A stretch of DNA of 64,000 bases from Mycobacteriales bacterium (GCA_035714445.1 DASTLY010000146.1:17730-81729); one strand, 5' to 3'. Shown: positions 49,876 to 59,826, numbered from the stretch's first letter. Numbers and translations are program-made. Notes: generated by a model from the sequence alone, not told the origin.

Positions 49876-51353
49876 CAGGAGCAGGACACCGCGGGCAGCG
49901 GCGCCGGGACGCCGATGCCGGGCAGGCCGAGCGGGACGCCCCGGGAGGCCGGGGTCGTCGGCGTCCGGACTGCCGCCCAGGCGTCCCCCGCGAGGGTCCG
50001 ACGGTGCGACAGCAGCGAGCCGTCGGCCTCCAGGTAGTGCGGCCCGCCGCGGGTCACCACGGCCTCGACCACGTCGCCGGCGCGTACCGCCGTCGTCCCG
50101 GCCGGCCGGGCGAGGTGCACCAGACGGTTGTCGCGGGCCCGGCCGTCCATCCGGCCCCGGCGGCCGTCGACCTCGTGGACCAGCACCTCGACGGTCCGGC
50201 CGACCTGCGCGAGGTTGCCCTCCAGCGTGATCCGGTCCTGCAGCTCCACCAGCCGGCCGTACCGCTCGGCGACCACCTCCGGCGGCACCTGGTCGCCGTA
50301 CGTGGCGGCGGGCGTACCCGGACGCGGGCTGTACTGGAAGGTGAAGGCGCCGGCGAAGCGGCTCTGCTCGACGACCCGCAGGGTGTCCTCGAAGTCGGCG
50401 TCGGTCTCGCCCGGGAAGCCCACGATGACATCGGTGGTGATGGCAGCGTCCGGAATGCGGTCGCGCACCCGCTCCAGGATGCCGAGAAAGCGCTCGGAGC
50501 GGTACGAACGGCGCATCGCCCGCAGGACCGCGTCGGAGCCGGACTGCAGCGGCATGTGCAGGCTGGGACAGACCGCAGGGGTCTGCGCCATCGCCTCGAT
50601 CACGTCGTCGGTGAAGTCGCGCGGGTGCGGGCTGGTGAAGCGCACCCGCTCCAGCCCGGTCGCCCCGACGGCCCGCAGCAGCGCCCCGAAGGCCTGCCGG
50701 TCGCCGAACTCCCGCCCGTAGCTGTTGACGTTCTGCCCCAGCAGCGTCACCTCGAGCACGCCCTGCTCGACGAGCACCTCGACCTCGCGGAGCACGTCAC
50801 CCGGCCGGCGGTCGCGCTCCTTGCCGCGCAGGGCCGGGACGATGCAGAAGGTGCAGGTGTTGTCGCAGCCGACGCTGATGCTCACCCACGCCGTCGCCGC
50901 GCTCGCCCGGCGCGCCGGCAGCGCGCTCGGGAAGACCTCGAGCGCCTCGAGCAGCTCGACCTGGCTCTCCTGCTCCACCCGCGCCCGCTCCAGCAGCACG
51001 GGCAGCGCGCCCACGTTGTGCGTGCCGAACACGACGTCGACCCACGGGGCCTTCTTCGTGATGACGCCGCGGTCCTTCTGCGCCAGGCAGCCACCGACCG
51101 CGATCTGCATCCCGGGCGTGCGGTCCTTCACCGGCTTGAGGTGGCCGAGGTTGCCGTACAGCCGGTTGTCGGCGTTCTCCCGCACCGCACAGGTGTTGAA
51201 CACGACCACGTCGGGCGTGCCGCCGGCCGGCACCGGCAGGTAGCCGGCCTCGTCGAGCAGCCCGCCGATCCGCTCGCTGTCGTGGACGTTCATCTGGCAG
51301 CCGTACGTGCGGACCTCGTACGTCCTGGCTCTCGGGGGCTCGGTCACGCTCAC
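49875..51353 (-). CDS. miaB: tRNA-2-methylthio-N6-dimethylallyladenosine synthase
   Basis: The UPF0004 domain has [12 protein letters not shown]. The radical-SAM cluster is [16 protein letters not shown] domain lies at the C-terminus. Confidence 0.95.
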   Translation of the reverse strand: MSVTEPPRARTYEVRTYGCQMNVHDSERIGGLLDEAGYLPVPAGGTPDVVVFNTCAVRENADNRLYGNLGHLKPVKDRTPGMQIAVGGCLAQKDRGVITKKAPWVDVVFGTHNVGALPVLLERARVEQESQVELLEALEVFPSALPARRASAATAWVSISVGCDNTCTFCIVPALRGKERDRRPGDVLREVEVLVEQGVLEVTLLGQNVNSYGREFGDRQAFGALLRAVGATGLERVRFTSPHPRDFTDDVIEAMAQTPAVCPSLHMPLQSGSDAVLRAMRRSYRSERFLGILERVRDRIPDAAITTDVIVGFPGETDADFEDTLRVVEQSRFAGAFTFQYSPRPGTPAATYGDQVPPEVVAERYGRLVELQDRITLEGNLAQVGRTVEVLVHEVDGRRGRMDGRARDNRLVHLARPAGTTAVRAGDVVEAVVTRGGPHYLEADGSLLSHRRTLAGDAWAAVRTPTTPASRGVPLGLPGIGVPAPLPAVSCS

Positions 51354-51549
51354 CCGAGCAGCCTACGGGCGGCGGGTCGGGGGCGTACGTCGTCCGAGTC
51401 CGGCCGTACGCCTTCAGATGACATGATCGAAGGCCGACGGTGGTCCACGACGGTGCCGTCTGGCGCGCCCCGACCGGTCGTCCGGCGGCGCCGGTCCGGG
51501 CCCTGCCCACGACTCCGGGCGATGCCCACGACGAGAGGACGACAGCCAG

Positions 51550-53484
51550 ATGTGCGGCGCCGATCAGGACGACCACGCGGACAACGGGCTGCTGACCGAC
51601 GGCGGCGAGGAGCCGGCCGAGCACGGCGACGGCCTCCTGCCGGCCAGCCGCCGCGGCTTCCTGCTCGGAGCCGGCGCGGCGTTGGCGGCCGGCGGGCTGG
51701 TCCTGCCGAGGGGCCGCGCCTTCGCGGCGACGGCGGCGACCCGCCAGCCGAACGCGCTCGCGCCGGGCGGTGACGCCGGCCCGGCCCAGCGGATCGCCAT
51801 GCACGTGCACACCAACGACGAGGGGTCGGGCCCGCACTCGGCATCGGTCGGCGTCCAGCACAGGAACGCGGACGACATCGGGGTGGACCTGCTGGTGCTC
51901 ACCCCGCACTCGCACCGCCAGCAGGCGACCTTCTACCTCCGGACTCTGGACGACGCGAAGCTCGAGTCGTACACCACCGGCAACGGCGGCAGTACCGCCG
52001 CCGACCGCAGCGGTCCGCGGGACGGGACGCTGCACCTGGTCGCGCAGGCCGGCTCGGGCGGCCCGGTCTCGTGCGGCTACCACCCGATTGCCGCCCAGGC
52101 CAAGAACCGGCTGCGCACGACGATCGCGGGTCACACGGTGACGCTGACCTTCGGGCCGGTGCAGATCACGTCCGGCGCGTGGTTCGAGATGCGGGTCCCG
52201 CTGTCGACGCACGCGGCCTACCGGAGCCTGCAGGCCGGCGCCTACACGCTCGTGCACCGCTTCCGGGACGACGTGGCGCCGGGCAGCAGCTACGAGGACA
52301 ACGGGTTCACCGGGGTCGTGACCCAGCGGGTGCCGCTGCCGGGCGACAGCGTCGCGATCGACATGGTCGAGGCCATCCGGCCGTTCTGGGACGACATGCT
52401 GCCCGAGGACAACTGCTTCTACGACCTGATGCTCACGGCGGTCAGCAACCGGGCCGGCGCCCGGGCCGAGGTGACGCTGGCCAGGGTGAGCATCGACCGG
52501 ACGAGGAGCGATCCGGCCTCGCTGGTGCGCACCTTCTCCGACGCGATCGCCACCTACAGCCCCCGTTACCCGGGGATGACGACCTGGGCGTCGAGCGAGA
52601 TCAGCGGCTACAACAACCCGCACGTGAACTACTTCGGGGTCCCCCAGCGCTTCCCCGACGAGACGCGCGGCACGCCGGACCGGATCGAGGCGCTGTACGA
52701 CGAGTTCGTCGCGCAGGTCCACGCCGAGGGCGGCGCGGTGTCGCTCAACCACCCCTTCGGCCCGACCGGCGGGCCGGCGTTGAACGCGCAGGCCCAGGCC
52801 GCGAAGGTGCGGGAGGTGGCCGGACAGCTGCTGGACAACCGGCGCTTCGACACCCACATCCTGGAGGTGGCGTACTTCGTCCGCGGCTACGTCACCATCG
52901 AGGGCCACCTCGCGCTGTGGGACGTGCTGTCCCAGCACGGGCAGTTCGTGACCGGGAACGGGGCCAACGACGACCACTCCGGGCGCAGCTGGAAGGGGCT
53001 GGGCTTCCTCACCGGGATGTGGGCGCCGTCGCTGTCGCCGCAGGACGTGGTCCAGGCACTGGTCGCCGGGCGCGCCTACGCCACGCACCCCGGCCACTGG
53101 CCCTACGGGCACCTCGACATGCAGCTGCGCGGAGCCGGTGACGGTAACGCGGACGTACCCATGGGCGGCGTCATCGTCTCGGGCGCCACCAAGCGGACGC
53201 TGGACGTGACCGCGGTCAACCTGCCCGCCGGCGGCCGGGTGGAGATCTGGGCCGGCAGCATGGACAGCAGCAGCCTCGACCCCAACACGTCGCCGATCCG
53301 GACGTTCGCCGCGTCCGAGTTCGGCACCTCGGCCGTGTGCAGCACCTCCGTGGGCACCGCGACCGGCCGCTTCTTCCGGGCGGTGGCCAAGAACTCCTCG
53401 GGCCGGATCATCGGCGTGGGCAACCCGATCTGGGCCCTCACGTCCGTCCCCTCCGGCGGGATCCCGGCGCCGCGCCGCTACTGA
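51550..53484 (+). CDS. Tat-exported protein, possible PHP/CehA-McbA-like metallohydrolase
   Basis: It has the twin-arginine motif SRRGFLLGAGAALAAG followed by AFA. The His-rich blocks MHVHTNDEGSGPHS, LTPHSH and LNHPFGP suggest a PHP-type metal site. The functional call is tentative. Confidence 0.6.
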   Translation: MCGADQDDHADNGLLTDGGEEPAEHGDGLLPASRRGFLLGAGAALAAGGLVLPRGRAFAATAATRQPNALAPGGDAGPAQRIAMHVHTNDEGSGPHSASVGVQHRNADDIGVDLLVLTPHSHRQQATFYLRTLDDAKLESYTTGNGGSTAADRSGPRDGTLHLVAQAGSGGPVSCGYHPIAAQAKNRLRTTIAGHTVTLTFGPVQITSGAWFEMRVPLSTHAAYRSLQAGAYTLVHRFRDDVAPGSSYEDNGFTGVVTQRVPLPGDSVAIDMVEAIRPFWDDMLPEDNCFYDLMLTAVSNRAGARAEVTLARVSIDRTRSDPASLVRTFSDAIATYSPRYPGMTTWASSEISGYNNPHVNYFGVPQRFPDETRGTPDRIEALYDEFVAQVHAEGGAVSLNHPFGPTGGPALNAQAQAAKVREVAGQLLDNRRFDTHILEVAYFVRGYVTIEGHLALWDVLSQHGQFVTGNGANDDHSGRSWKGLGFLTGMWAPSLSPQDVVQALVAGRAYATHPGHWPYGHLDMQLRGAGDGNADVPMGGVIVSGATKRTLDVTAVNLPAGGRVEIWAGSMDSSSLDPNTSPIRTFAASEFGTSAVCSTSVGTATGRFFRAVAKNSSGRIIGVGNPIWALTSVPSGGIPAPRRY

Positions 53485-53511
53485 GCCGCAGCCACGCTCG
53501 GTCGCCCAGGC

Positions 53512-54114
53512 TCAGTCGTCCGCCTCGAGCAGGACCGCCTCGAGGTCGGCCTCGACGCCCTCCTGCGCCAACGCCTCGCGCACCACCCGGAACGCGAGGC
53601 CGGCCGGGTAGCCCTTGCGGGCCAGCAGGCCGGCGAGCCGTCGGACCCTGGCCTGCGGCTCGAGGTGCCGGGTCGCGGGCAGGCGGCGGGCCACCAGCTC
53701 CCGCGCGGTGGCCAGCTCCTGCTCCGGCTCGAGGGTGTCGACCGCGTCACGGACCAGCTCCTCGTCCACCCCCTTGCGACGCAGCTCCTGCGACAGGGCC
53801 CGGCCGGCCAGCCCGCGGCCCCGGTGCCGGCTGGTCACCCACATCTCGGCGAACAGCGCGTCATCGATCATGCCCACCTCGGTGAGCCGCCCGAGCACCT
53901 GGTCGGCCGCCTCGGCGGGGACACCGCGCTTGGCGAGCACGGCCGCCAGCTCGGCCCGGGTCCGCGGGGCGTGCTCGAGCTGGTGCAGGCAGATCTGCCG
54001 GGCGACGTCGACCGGGTCCGCGGGAGGCCCGGCCGGCTCCCGCGGCTCCGGCGTCGCTGCGTCGAGCCGACGCCGACCTCCGCTCGGCCGACCGGACCCC
54101 CACCCCGGTGCCAC
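53512..54114 (-). CDS. recX: Recombination regulator RecX
   Basis: GTG 54114 lies 3 nt after the recA stop. The helical repeats are ARQICLHQLEHAPRTRAELAAVLAKRGVPAEAADQVLGRLTEVGMIDDALFAE. Confidence 0.92.
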   Translation of the reverse strand: MAPGWGSGRPSGGRRRLDAATPEPREPAGPPADPVDVARQICLHQLEHAPRTRAELAAVLAKRGVPAEAADQVLGRLTEVGMIDDALFAEMWVTSRHRGRGLAGRALSQELRRKGVDEELVRDAVDTLEPEQELATARELVARRLPATRHLEPQARVRRLAGLLARKGYPAGLAFRVVREALAQEGVEADLEAVLLEADD

Positions 54115-54117
54115 GGC

Positions 54118-56253
54118 CTAGAGGTCGACGGGGACCGGCGCCCGGAGGTCGGCCTCGGCGTCGATCTGCGGCCCGACGCCGAGCTTCTCCTTGATGCGCT
54201 TCTCCACCTCGTTGGCGAGGTCGGGGTTGTCGCGCAGGAACGCGCGAGCGTTCTCCTTGCCCTGGCCGAGCTGGTCGCCCTCGTAGGTGTACCAGGCGCC
54301 GGACTTGCGGACGATGCCGTGCTCGACGCCCATGTCAATGAGCGAGCCCTCGCGGCTGATCCCGACGCCGTAGATGATGTCGAACTCTGCCTGCTTGAAC
54401 GGCGGCGCCATCTTGTTCTTCACGATCTTGGCGCGGGTCCGGTTGCCGACCGCGTCGGTGCCGTCCTTGAGCGTCTCGATCCGGCGCACGTCGATACGCA
54501 CCGAGGCGTAGAACTTGAGCGCCTTGCCGCCGGTGGTCGTCTCCGGGCTGTTGTGCACGAGCACCCCGTCGGCGAGGTAGTTGTGGCTGCCCTCGACCTC
54601 GATGTCGTAGCGGTGCATGGACCGCGTCGGGGGCTTGACCTTGACCTCGAGGACCGTGGCCGGCACCGGCAGCAGCGTCGGCTCGACGAACTCCGGCTCC
54701 ACCGCGAAGCGACCCCTGAAGCGCTCGAGGAGCTTGTACTGCATCGACGGGTGCACGAAGGGCGCCACCAGCTCGTGCAGCTTGGCGGTCTCGTCACCGA
54801 ACACCAGGACCGCCATCTGCCGGGCTCCCCGCCGGCTGAGCTTTGGGTGCAGGTCGAAGCGGTCGGCGAGCGTCTCGACCAGCCGCTCGCGCGAGCCCTC
54901 GCTCATCGCCTGGACGCAGATCTCACTGCGTCCGCTGCCGTCGGCAGTGCGCTCCTGCAGGCCCTTGGCGCGCACCTGGAACGATCCGTCATCCATGTAC
55001 CAGACCGCGAGCGCCAGCGGCGACAGGCCCTTGAGGTAGTCGTAGGACAGGTGCTTCTTGCCGTCGCCCCAGTAGACCGTGCCGCGCAGCTCGGCGAGCT
55101 CGGGCAGCGGCGTGAGATCGACGAAGGCTGCGCCCTTCGCGTTCACGGACCGCGACTGCTCGACGTTCCCGAGCAGCGCGGCCTTCCAGTCAAGGTAGTC
55201 CGCCTGCGCACGGCCGTGGCCCATGCGGAACCGCGTGCCGAGGCTGCCGGCGATCCGGCTCGGCGACAGCGCTGCATCGCCCATCAGGCCACCCAGCACG
55301 ACCTGCCACTGCTGGCCGCTGAGCCGGTGCGGCTGCGACAGCATGACCCGGTCACCGGCGATGATCTCGCCGGCCTCGCGCCACCCGCCCGGGGTGCGCA
55401 CCAGGTGATTGGCGGTCAGGCCCAGCTGCGCCCGCCCGTTGCCACCGGGCTTGGCGACGGTGAGCTGCAGGAACTGGTCGGTGACGCCGTTGTCGAACCA
55501 GTTGACGATGCGCTTGGGGACGACCTTGCCGAGGTCGGGGTCGTACGACAGGACCTCGACGTCCATCTTCTGGTTGACGATCTTGCCGATCTTCTCCTGC
55601 GTGCCGTCCGCCAGGCTTACGCGGGTGCCGTAGGAGAGACAGCCAAACATTACTCCGATCTTCTCGCGCAGCTGGTTGATGAAGATCGCCGTGGTGTTGG
55701 TGTTGGCCAGGGCGCCGGTCATCTTGCGCAGCGCCTGACTCATCAGCCGGGCCTGCAGCCCGACGTGGCTGTCACCCATCTCGCCCTCGATCTCGGCCCG
55801 GGGCACCAGCGCGGCGACCGAGTCGATGACCAGGATGTCGAGGGCGCCGGAGCGCACCAGCATGTCGGCGATCTCCAGTGCCTGCTCGCCGGTGTCGGGC
55901 TGGGAGACCAGCAGGGCGTCGGTGTCGACGCCGAGCTTCTTGGCGTACTCCGGGTCGAGGGCGTGCTCGGCGTCGATGAACGCGGCGATGCCGCCGGCCG
56001 CCTGCGCATTGGCGACGGCATGCAGCGCGACGGTCGTCTTGCCCGAGGACTCCGGGCCGTAGATCTCCACCACCCGGCCACGTGGCAGCCCGCCGATGCC
56101 GAGCGCGACGTCGAGCGCGATCGACCCGGTCGGGATCACCGCGATGGGCGCCCGCACCTCGTCGCCGAGGCGCATGACCGAACCCTTGCCGAAGTTCTTG
56201 TCGATCTGCGCGAGGGCCATCTCGAGAGCCTTTGCGCGGTCCGGTCCTGCCAC
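54118..56253 (-). CDS. recA: Recombinase RecA precursor containing an intein (711 aa; 347-aa RecA after splicing)
   Basis: The N-extein (204 aa) has the P-loop GPESSGKTT and ends [14 protein letters not shown]. The C-extein (143 aa) starts [18 protein letters not shown]. Confidence 0.96.
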   Translation of the reverse strand: MAGPDRAKALEMALAQIDKNFGKGSVMRLGDEVRAPIAVIPTGSIALDVALGIGGLPRGRVVEIYGPESSGKTTVALHAVANAQAAGGIAAFIDAEHALDPEYAKKLGVDTDALLVSQPDTGEQALEIADMLVRSGALDILVIDSVAALVPRAEIEGEMGDSHVGLQARLMSQALRKMTGALANTNTTAIFINQLREKIGVMFGCLSYGTRVSLADGTQEKIGKIVNQKMDVEVLSYDPDLGKVVPKRIVNWFDNGVTDQFLQLTVAKPGGNGRAQLGLTANHLVRTPGGWREAGEIIAGDRVMLSQPHRLSGQQWQVVLGGLMGDAALSPSRIAGSLGTRFRMGHGRAQADYLDWKAALLGNVEQSRSVNAKGAAFVDLTPLPELAELRGTVYWGDGKKHLSYDYLKGLSPLALAVWYMDDGSFQVRAKGLQERTADGSGRSEICVQAMSEGSRERLVETLADRFDLHPKLSRRGARQMAVLVFGDETAKLHELVAPFVHPSMQYKLLERFRGRFAVEPEFVEPTLLPVPATVLEVKVKPPTRSMHRYDIEVEGSHNYLADGVLVHNSPETTTGGKALKFYASVRIDVRRIETLKDGTDAVGNRTRAKIVKNKMAPPFKQAEFDIIYGVGISREGSLIDMGVEHGIVRKSGAWYTYEGDQLGQGKENARAFLRDNPDLANEVEKRIKEKLGVGPQIDAEADLRAPVPVDL
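54550..55641 (-). mobile_element. RecA intein with LAGLIDADG homing-endonuclease domain (364 aa, residues 205-568)
   Basis: It begins [13 protein letters not shown] (block A). The TxxH block B is LTANHLV. The LAGLIDADG motifs are [12 protein letters not shown] and [11 protein letters not shown]. It ends [15 protein letters not shown], followed by Ser+1. Coordinates were derived by codon counting from ATG 56253. Confidence 0.93.
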
Positions 56254-56295
56254 GGGATCCTCCGTTGTCGGTGAGCTGCGGTCCGATCGACGGTG

Positions 56296-56318
56296 ACGTT
56301 AGGAGCGACCTCCGACAG
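56296..56318 (-). promoter_or_regulatory. RecA-NDp (PafBC-type) promoter motif upstream of recA
   Basis: The minus strand reads CTGTCGGAG-GTCGCTCC-TAACGT. The published pattern is tTGTCRgtg-N8-TAnnnT. The -10-like hexamer is about 43 nt upstream of the recA ATG. Confidence 0.6.
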
Positions 56319-56370
56319 AACGTGCTGTCGGCGGCCGGCCTGTGGGCACCCGGACAGGACTGACGCTAGC

Positions 56371-56386
56371 CCGAACATCTGTTCGA
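56371..56386. promoter_or_regulatory. LexA (SOS) box upstream of recA
   Basis: CCGAACATCTGTTCGA matches TCGAAC-N4-GTTCGA except at the first base. It lies 118-133 nt upstream of the recA ATG. Confidence 0.85.
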
Positions 56387-56456
56387 CACGATTCGACACG
56401 CCGACGCGCGTCGAGACCTGCCGTACCGGCTCCGAGCAGGCCCCGGGGGAGCGGGC

Positions 56457-57323
56457 TCAGGCCTCGTCGGCGAGCGCGACGCCCGCGGGCTGGCCGGGTC
56501 GCACCGTGGTCGGCGCCTTCCCGCTGCGCCCCTGCCGCCGGTCGATCGCCTTCGCCAGGCTCGACAGCGCGAGGTTGACGACGATGAACACCAGGGCGAC
56601 CGTCAGGTAGATCGGCAGCGAGTAGCTGCTGCCGAGGAACTCCACGACGTTGCGGCCGGCCCGCAGCAGCTCCAGGTAGCCGATGACGAACCCCAGCGAG
56701 GTGTCCTTGAGCAGCACCACGACCTGGCTGATCATCGCCGGCAGCATCACCCGCAGGGCCTGGGGCAGCAGCACGTAGCGCATCGCCTGCACCGGCCGGA
56801 GCCCGATGGCGAGGGCGCCCTCGCGCTGCCCGCGGGGCAGGGACAGCACCCCGGCGCGCACGATCTCGGCGATGACCGCGCTGTTGTAGAGCGTCAGGCC
56901 GACCACCAGCGCCCAGAACACCGACACGTCGGCGCCGACCGACGGACCGCCGAGGAACAGGAAGAAGATCACCAGCAGCAGCGGCAGCCCGCGGAACAGC
57001 TCGACCCAGACGCGTACCGGGATGCGGATCCAGGCGGTCTCGGAGAGCCGGCCCACCGCCAGCAGGATCCCGACGACCAGCGACAGCACCATCGCGGTGG
57101 CCGCGGCCTTCAGGGTGCCGACGAGCCCGTCCACCAGCAGCTGGCGGACGTCGGGGTCCTTGAGCACCGCCCAGCGCTCGCCCTCGAACTGGTCACGCGA
57201 GGCGAGTCGCTGCACGACGAGCACCGCGAGCAGCGCGAGCACCACCGCGCCGGCGACGCTCAGCAGCTGGCTGCGCCGCCGGGCCTTCGGTCCGGGGACG
57301 TCGTAGAGGACGGCGGTGCTCAC
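56457..57323 (-). CDS. gluD: Amino-acid (glutamate-type) ABC transporter permease
   Basis: GTG 57323 overlaps the upstream TGA (GTGA). It has the EAA-like loop EIVRAGVLSLPRGQREGALAIGL. It is the tail of track ORF 56457..58400. Confidence 0.85.
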   Translation of the reverse strand: MSTAVLYDVPGPKARRRSQLLSVAGAVVLALLAVLVVQRLASRDQFEGERWAVLKDPDVRQLLVDGLVGTLKAAATAMVLSLVVGILLAVGRLSETAWIRIPVRVWVELFRGLPLLLVIFFLFLGGPSVGADVSVFWALVVGLTLYNSAVIAEIVRAGVLSLPRGQREGALAIGLRPVQAMRYVLLPQALRVMLPAMISQVVVLLKDTSLGFVIGYLELLRAGRNVVEFLGSSYSLPIYLTVALVFIVVNLALSSLAKAIDRRQGRSGKAPTTVRPGQPAGVALADEA

Positions 57324-57964
57324 CGGGCCACCGCCACCCGCGTCTCGACGGCGCCCGCGATCAGGCCGGACGGGATGGTCAGCACCAGGTAGCAGACCGC
57401 CGTGCCCAGCAGGATCGAGATGGGCCGGCCGGTCTCGTTGGCCAGCCGGGTGCCGACGGCCGTGAGCTCCGCGATGGCAAAGGCACTCGCGATCGAGGTG
57501 TTCTTCGTCAACGCGATGAACACGTTGATCAGTGGCGGTACGACGGTGCGGAACGCCTGGGGCAGCACGACGTGCCGCAGGGTCTGGGTGAACGTCAGCC
57601 CGATGGAGCGGGCGGCCTCCGCCTGCCCGACACCGACGGAGTTGATGCCGGAGCGCACCGCCTCGCAGAAGAACGCCGCGTGGTAGACGGACATCGCGAT
57701 CACCGCGAACTGGAAGAACGACAGGCCCACGTCGAGCTGGGGCAGGACGAACACCGAGAAGAAGAAGACGATCGTCAGCGGGGTGTTGCGGACGACCTCG
57801 ACGTACGCGGTACCCGCCCCGCGCACCGGCGCCGCCGGCGCCACCCGCATGGCGGCCAGCAGCGTGCCGAGCAGCAGCGAGAGCACACCCGAGATCAGCG
57901 TGAGCTTGAGGGTCTGCCAGAACCCCTCGGCGAAGACGTCGAGGTTGTCGAACACGGCGTCCAT
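57320..57964 (-). CDS. gluC: Amino-acid (glutamate-type) ABC transporter permease
   Basis: The protein is 214 aa with 5 TM helices and the loop EAVRSGINSVGVGQAEAARSIGL. Confidence 0.87.
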   Translation of the reverse strand: MDAVFDNLDVFAEGFWQTLKLTLISGVLSLLLGTLLAAMRVAPAAPVRGAGTAYVEVVRNTPLTIVFFFSVFVLPQLDVGLSFFQFAVIAMSVYHAAFFCEAVRSGINSVGVGQAEAARSIGLTFTQTLRHVVLPQAFRTVVPPLINVFIALTKNTSIASAFAIAELTAVGTRLANETGRPISILLGTAVCYLVLTIPSGLIAGAVETRVAVAR

Positions 57965-58021
57965 GCGGCCCCCTCCCGGACCTGGCCGGAGCGCCCGCGG
58001 GTGCGGGCGCTCCGGGCTCGG

Positions 58022-58897
58022 TCACGCGTAGTCGTCGACCTTCGGGGGTTCGGGGGTCTTGCCGGCCACCTTGCCGGCCGTCTCCTCCCAGGCCTTCTTC
58101 CAGCGGCCGTCGGTGTACATCGCGGTCAGCCGCTCGTTGATGAAGTGCCGCAGGTCGTCGCGGGCCTGCGCGACGCCGATGCCGTACGGCTCCTGCGTGA
58201 ACGGCTTGCCGACCAGCTCGAAGGACTCCTTGTCCTTGTCGATCAGGCCCAGCAGGATGACGTTGTCGGTGGTGACCGCCTGCACCTGGCCGTTCTTGAG
58301 CGCCTCGGCGCACTTGGAGTAGACGTCGAACTCCACGAGCTGTGCCTGCGGGTAGTCCGTGCGGATCTTGCCAGCCGGCGTGGAGCCGGCGACCGAGCAC
58401 ACCTTCTTGCCGGCCAGCGCCTCCGGGCCACTGATGGCATCCGGGTTGTTCTTCTTGACCATGATGTCCTGGCCCGCGACGTAGTAGGGCCCGGCGAAGT
58501 CCACGACCTCCTTGCGCTTGGCGTTGATCGTGTAGGTCGCGACGACCAGGTCGACCTTGCCCTGCGTCAGGAACGGCTCGCGGTTGGCCGACACCGTCTC
58601 GACGAACTCGACGTTGTCACCGGAGATGCCGAGCTCGCCGGCGAGCAGCGTCGCGATCTTGACGTCGAAACCCTCCGGCTTGCCCTGCAGGTTCTTCAGC
58701 CCGAACAGCGGCTGGTCGAACTTCGTCCCGATGATGATCTTCTGGGCCTTGTTCAGGGTCTCCATGGTGGAGCCGGGCGCGAAGCTCGCGGACGGCACGG
58801 GCGCGGAGGCGGTGTCGTCGTCCCCCCCTCCGCAGCCGGCGGCCAGCAGGGACAGACCGAGGACGGCCGCTGCCAGGCCGGGGCGTCGTACTCGCAT
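58022..58897 (-). CDS. gluB: Glutamate ABC transporter substrate-binding lipoprotein
   Basis: It has the lipobox LLAAGC and a family-3 solute-binding domain (IIGTKFDQPLFG, DLVVATYTIN). Confidence 0.87.
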   Translation of the reverse strand: MRVRRPGLAAAVLGLSLLAAGCGGGDDDTASAPVPSASFAPGSTMETLNKAQKIIIGTKFDQPLFGLKNLQGKPEGFDVKIATLLAGELGISGDNVEFVETVSANREPFLTQGKVDLVVATYTINAKRKEVVDFAGPYYVAGQDIMVKKNNPDAISGPEALAGKKVCSVAGSTPAGKIRTDYPQAQLVEFDVYSKCAEALKNGQVQAVTTDNVILLGLIDKDKESFELVGKPFTQEPYGIGVAQARDDLRHFINERLTAMYTDGRWKKAWEETAGKVAGKTPEPPKVDDYA

Positions 58898-58942
58898 GGG
58901 TGGTCCCTTTCGAGAGGTGGGCGGTGCGGGGAACGGTGTGGG

Positions 58943-59704
58943 CTAGTGGGAGAGGATCTTCGACAGGAAGTCGCGGGCGCGCTCGCTGGTGGGGGCCGTG
59001 AAGAACTCGTGCGGGGTGGCCACCTCGACGATGCGACCGTCGGCCATGAACACCACCCGCTGCGCCGCGGACCGGGCAAAGCCCATCTCGTGCGTCACCA
59101 CGACCATCGTCATGCCGTCGCGGGCGAGCCCGGTCATCACCTCGAGGACCTCGTTGATCATCTCGGGGTCGAGGGCGGAGGTGGGCTCGTCGAACAGCAG
59201 GACCTTGGGGTCCATCGCCAGCGCCCGCGCGATGGCGACGCGCTGCTGCTGCCCGCCGGAGAGCTGGGCCGGGTGGCTCCCGGCCTTGTCGGCCAGCCCC
59301 ACCCGCTCGAGCAGCTCCTTGGCACGCTTCTCGGCCGCCGCCTTGTTGAGGCCGCGGGCCTTGATCGGGCCGAGCGTGATGTTGTCGAGGACGGTCTTGT
59401 GCGCGAACAGGTTGAAGGACTGGAAGACCATGCCCACGTCGGCCCGGAGCTTGGCGAGGTCCTTGCCCTCGGCCGGCAGCTCGCGTCCGTCGATCTCGAT
59501 CCGGCCGGCCTCGATCGTCTCGAGCCGGTTGATGCACCGGCACAGCGTGGACTTGCCGGAGCCCGACGGGCCGATGACGACGACGACCTCGCCGGGCTGC
59601 ACGGTCAGGTCGATGTCGAACAGCACCTGCAGGGCCCCGAAGGACTTCTGCACGCCCTCGAGCAGCACGAGTGGGCGTACCTGCGTCCCGGTCTGGACTG
59701 ACAC
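58943..59704 (-). CDS. gluA: Amino-acid ABC transporter ATP-binding protein
   Basis: It has GPSGSGKST, LSGGQQQRVAIARAL and LLFDEPTSALD. I prefer GTG 59704 over track ATG 59791. Confidence 0.92.
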   Translation of the reverse strand: MSVQTGTQVRPLVLLEGVQKSFGALQVLFDIDLTVQPGEVVVVIGPSGSGKSTLCRCINRLETIEAGRIEIDGRELPAEGKDLAKLRADVGMVFQSFNLFAHKTVLDNITLGPIKARGLNKAAAEKRAKELLERVGLADKAGSHPAQLSGGQQQRVAIARALAMDPKVLLFDEPTSALDPEMINEVLEVMTGLARDGMTMVVVTHEMGFARSAAQRVVFMADGRIVEVATPHEFFTAPTSERARDFLSKILSH

Positions 59705-59826
59705 CGCGCCTCCCGCTCCCGCAGCGCCCGTACGGGCCGCGTTCGGGGATTGGAGCACACTCGTAGGTCGTCGAGCGGCAGCACACAGCACGGAATGGTC
59801 ACGACCTGGCCGGGCGGGCCGCCGGG

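Noticed and set aside
56457-59704. The gluABCD-type transporter between recA and the DUF3046 gene as an inserted island.
   Set aside because: Its composition and codon usage look like the host. It has no flanking repeats or mobility genes. It is an ordinary housekeeping importer, so only the gene order differs from mycobacteria.
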